The notes beneath the pieces were generated by a model. The model was not told the DNA's origin and did no database searches. It saw only the letters and a list, made by a program, of their open reading frames with translations. Made by a program: the position numbers and the translations under genes. A DNA stretch of 64,000 nt from Bacteroidota bacterium (GTDB lineage: Bacteria; Bacteroidota; Bacteroidia; Flavobacteriales_D; UBA2798): contig JBMORL010000020.1 in assembly GCA_049322335.1 (NCBI GenBank), forward strand, positions 58,482-122,481, written 5' to 3'. How positions within the stretch are numbered: the stretch's first letter is position 1; each line of letters starts with the position of its first letter. Below, in pieces: positions 62,187 through 64,000 of this stretch.

Positions 62187-64000
62187 CTATTTCAGCCCGA
62201 GGAAATTTTTAAGGTCGTCAGGATCTTTCACTTTTTTGGTGATGTCTTGCATGGCAAAAGTATATTCACCGCTTTTGCTGATGTTCATTTTTTTGTATTC
62301 TTCTTCCGTAAGCGCATATAGTTTTTTGTCATTTGTAAACAGCAGCAATACATTTCTTCCCGATTTGCTGCAGGTAAAATACGAAGGATCAAAACTGAAA
62401 GCACCATTGAATTTGAGATCGATCATGGAAAGAATGTGGCCTTCTTCAATTTTTTTTCCTTTTTCGTTCACATAACTGGCTTTTACCATCAGCTGATCGG
62501 GAACACGGTAAATCTGGTCGCAGTTAAACACCCCGAACGTTTCGCATTGTAATCCTCTCACGAGATTGGGATAACTGTGTCCCGGATCGCTGCCTGGAAT
62601 CATTGCACCGGTTGTGCGATTGCCATTATCCTTTCTTATTGAACTATTGGTAGTAATGCCGCCTTCAAAATCAACTGTAACATTTACCGGTGCGCCACCA
62701 TTCATCATTGTATCATTTTCCCACATTCCGCCTTCCTCACGCGTTACTATTCTTTTTATTTCTGTTTCCTTTACTTCCACAATTTTTGAAAAATCTTCAT
62801 CAACGGTATAATTGCTTTCAAACGAATCAAGTCCTCTTTTTTCTTTTTTCATAAACATCATTCTTACCCGTTTGGAGAGCGGAAGTTCTTCTTTTCTTTT
62901 TTTCCGCGCTTTCATTTTCACATCCAGTTTGGTAACGGTATTTTCGCTGATGTTAATTTTTTCAACCCTTATTTTGTAATACCCGCTGCAGGTAATTTCG
63001 GCAGAATAAATCCCGGGCTCTATCTGTTCGATTACATAACCGGTATCAACAGGAATAGTTGTATAATCCACTTTTGCATCACGGCTGTTTCCCTCTCCGC
63101 GGAACAAATTCATTTTTACTCCATCCATTTCTTTTCCTGTAGCAGCATCACTCACCTGCCCTTTCAGCATTCCCACATACACTTTGTTGCTCACTTTGTC
63201 AATAATGGTATCGGTCACCATTTTACCTTTTATCCATCTTTTACGCACCCATCCGTGAGTAACGGTAACCTGTGGGTCGTTTACATTATTCTGATTTTTG
63301 AATTCGAGATTTTCTCTTTTCTCCCATTTATTGGTTTTATCGTTCAGTGCAAAAAAATAACAACTGTCGAGTTTTTCGGTTACATTATAATCCACCGTAA
63401 ATGATGCGCCTTGTTTAATTTTCAATTCATCTTTTCCCCGGAAAGCACGTATCTCAAACATCCCGGCCGAGTTAAAATTGTATTCCTGCCCTTTTTCATA
63501 ATACACCATAGGTATTCCTGAAAAAGCGGTTTGCGCGGCATTCCGGTATTCGCGGTACATGATTTTTACTTTTCCTTTCACCGGAAAACCATCTTTATCA
63601 ACAATAATATTAGCAGGAATATGCACAAATGATTTTGAATCGTTCGTTTGAAAGGTAATTCCCTGTTCTGCGTCCATTGTTTCGGTTTCATACACCATAA
63701 GAAAATGGTGTTGTGGCACTTTTGTTTCACCCGGGCTGCTTACAAATCCTGCAGGGAGAGATTTTTTTACAGGAATTGTTTTTTTCGCCACCGGATTTGC
63801 CTCTTCTTCCGGTTTTGATTCATTTTCTTTCTGATCCTGTGGCAAAGGTGTGGAAGAAGTAAAAGAAGTGTGCTGTGAAACTAACGGTTTTTGGGTTTCC
63901 GTTGACGGAGTTTTTTCTTCATTGTTTGTGTTGTCAAAAAATCCAAAGTAATACGTGGCGGAGAAAGTTATTCCCAACACCAATAAAGCAAGAAAAGAAT
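62187..64000 (-). CDS. Membrane-anchored protein with S/T/P/E-rich linker, shared FSGIPM domain and CarboxypepD_reg-like domain (5' end probably outside the window)
   Basis: The frame stays open above the track start (GTG 63983) to the window edge (..SFLALLVLGITFSATYYFGFF, a TM helix). The shared domain is VKIMYREYRNAAQTAFSGIPMVYY..FNSAGMFEI. The beta-sandwich is GQVSDAATGKEMDGVKMNLF..GIYSAEITCSGYYKIRVEKI. Confidence 0.6.
   Translation of the reverse strand, partial: SFLALLVLGITFSATYYFGFFDNTNNEEKTPSTETQKPLVSQHTSFTSSTPLPQDQKENESKPEEEANPVAKKTIPVKKSLPAGFVSSPGETKVPQHHFLMVYETETMDAEQGITFQTNDSKSFVHIPANIIVDKDGFPVKGKVKIMYREYRNAAQTAFSGIPMVYYEKGQEYNFNSAGMFEIRAFRGKDELKIKQGASFTVDYNVTEKLDSCYFFALNDKTNKWEKRENLEFKNQNNVNDPQVTVTHGWVRKRWIKGKMVTDTIIDKVSNKVYVGMLKGQVSDAATGKEMDGVKMNLFRGEGNSRDAKVDYTTIPVDTGYVIEQIEPGIYSAEITCSGYYKIRVEKINISENTVTKLDVKMKARKKRKEELPLSKRVRMMFMKKEKRGLDSFESNYTVDEDFSKIVEVKETEIKRIVTREEGGMWENDTMMNGGAPVNVTVDFEGGITTNSSIRKDNGNRTTGAMIPGSDPGHSYPNLVRGLQCETFGVFNCDQIYRVPDQLMVKASYVNEKGKKIEEGHILSMIDLKFNGAFSFDPSYFTCSKSGRNVLLLFTNDKKLYALTEEEYKKMNISKSGEYTFAMQDITKKVKDPDDLKNFLGLK

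Overview
This looks like a chromosomal segment of a Bacteroidota bacterium. The basis is type A and type B T9SS C-terminal sorting domains, two PorP/SprF genes, TAnnTTTG-type -7 boxes and tightly packed operons with almost no Shine-Dalgarno sequences. No rRNA is present, so I cannot place it more finely. I count about 55 protein genes and one tRNA, with no CRISPR array and no rRNA. All family calls rest on motif recognition by eye and from memory; no searches or computations were run.

Layout:
- 1-5.3 kb: end of a SPOR-domain gene, tRNA-Arg(CCT), then an AT-rich accessory islet. It holds a GIY-YIG nuclease, two small tail-anchored membrane proteins, a Crp/Fnr cNMP-binding regulator, a 230-aa orphan, and a divergent XRE-ImmA/IrrE + PIN pair.
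- 5.3-5.9 kb: an ORF-free, hairpin-rich region with its own candidate promoter and terminators (unclassified ncRNA candidate).
- 5.9-14 kb: a MarR + CBM9/DUF5916-like pair, T9SS cargo, DUF72, secreted repeat proteins and an alpha/beta hydrolase.
- 14.1-15.2 kb: a RAYT transposase gene embedded in REP palindromes and 103-bp tandem units.
- 15.2-16.7 kb: two ORFs separated by a single in-frame TAG.
- 16.9-19.6 kb: hmgA-hppD (tyrosine catabolism).
- 23.5-33.2 kb: a long minus-strand envelope/housekeeping operon (NTP-transferase, TPR, DUF4292-like, M23 peptidase, tatA, gatA, LysM lytic transglycosylase, DUF4837-like, cvpA).
- 33.6-40.9 kb: prolyl oligopeptidase, a RelE/ParE TA pair and long-form ispG.
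- 41-58 kb: a TPR histidine kinase and LuxR response regulator, followed by two modules of giant type-B-CTD adhesin + PorP/SprF, with a TPR-PD40-OmpA gene between them.
- 58.7-64 kb: an uncharacterised operon (TM-anchored protein, LRR protein sharing a domain with it, small secreted protein).

The best candidates for something new are:
- the tRNA-linked islet and its two divergent operons
- the 5.3-5.9 kb structured region
- the RAYT/REP locus that has copied a gene end
- the standalone SecD-periplasmic-domain lipoprotein
- the LRR operon
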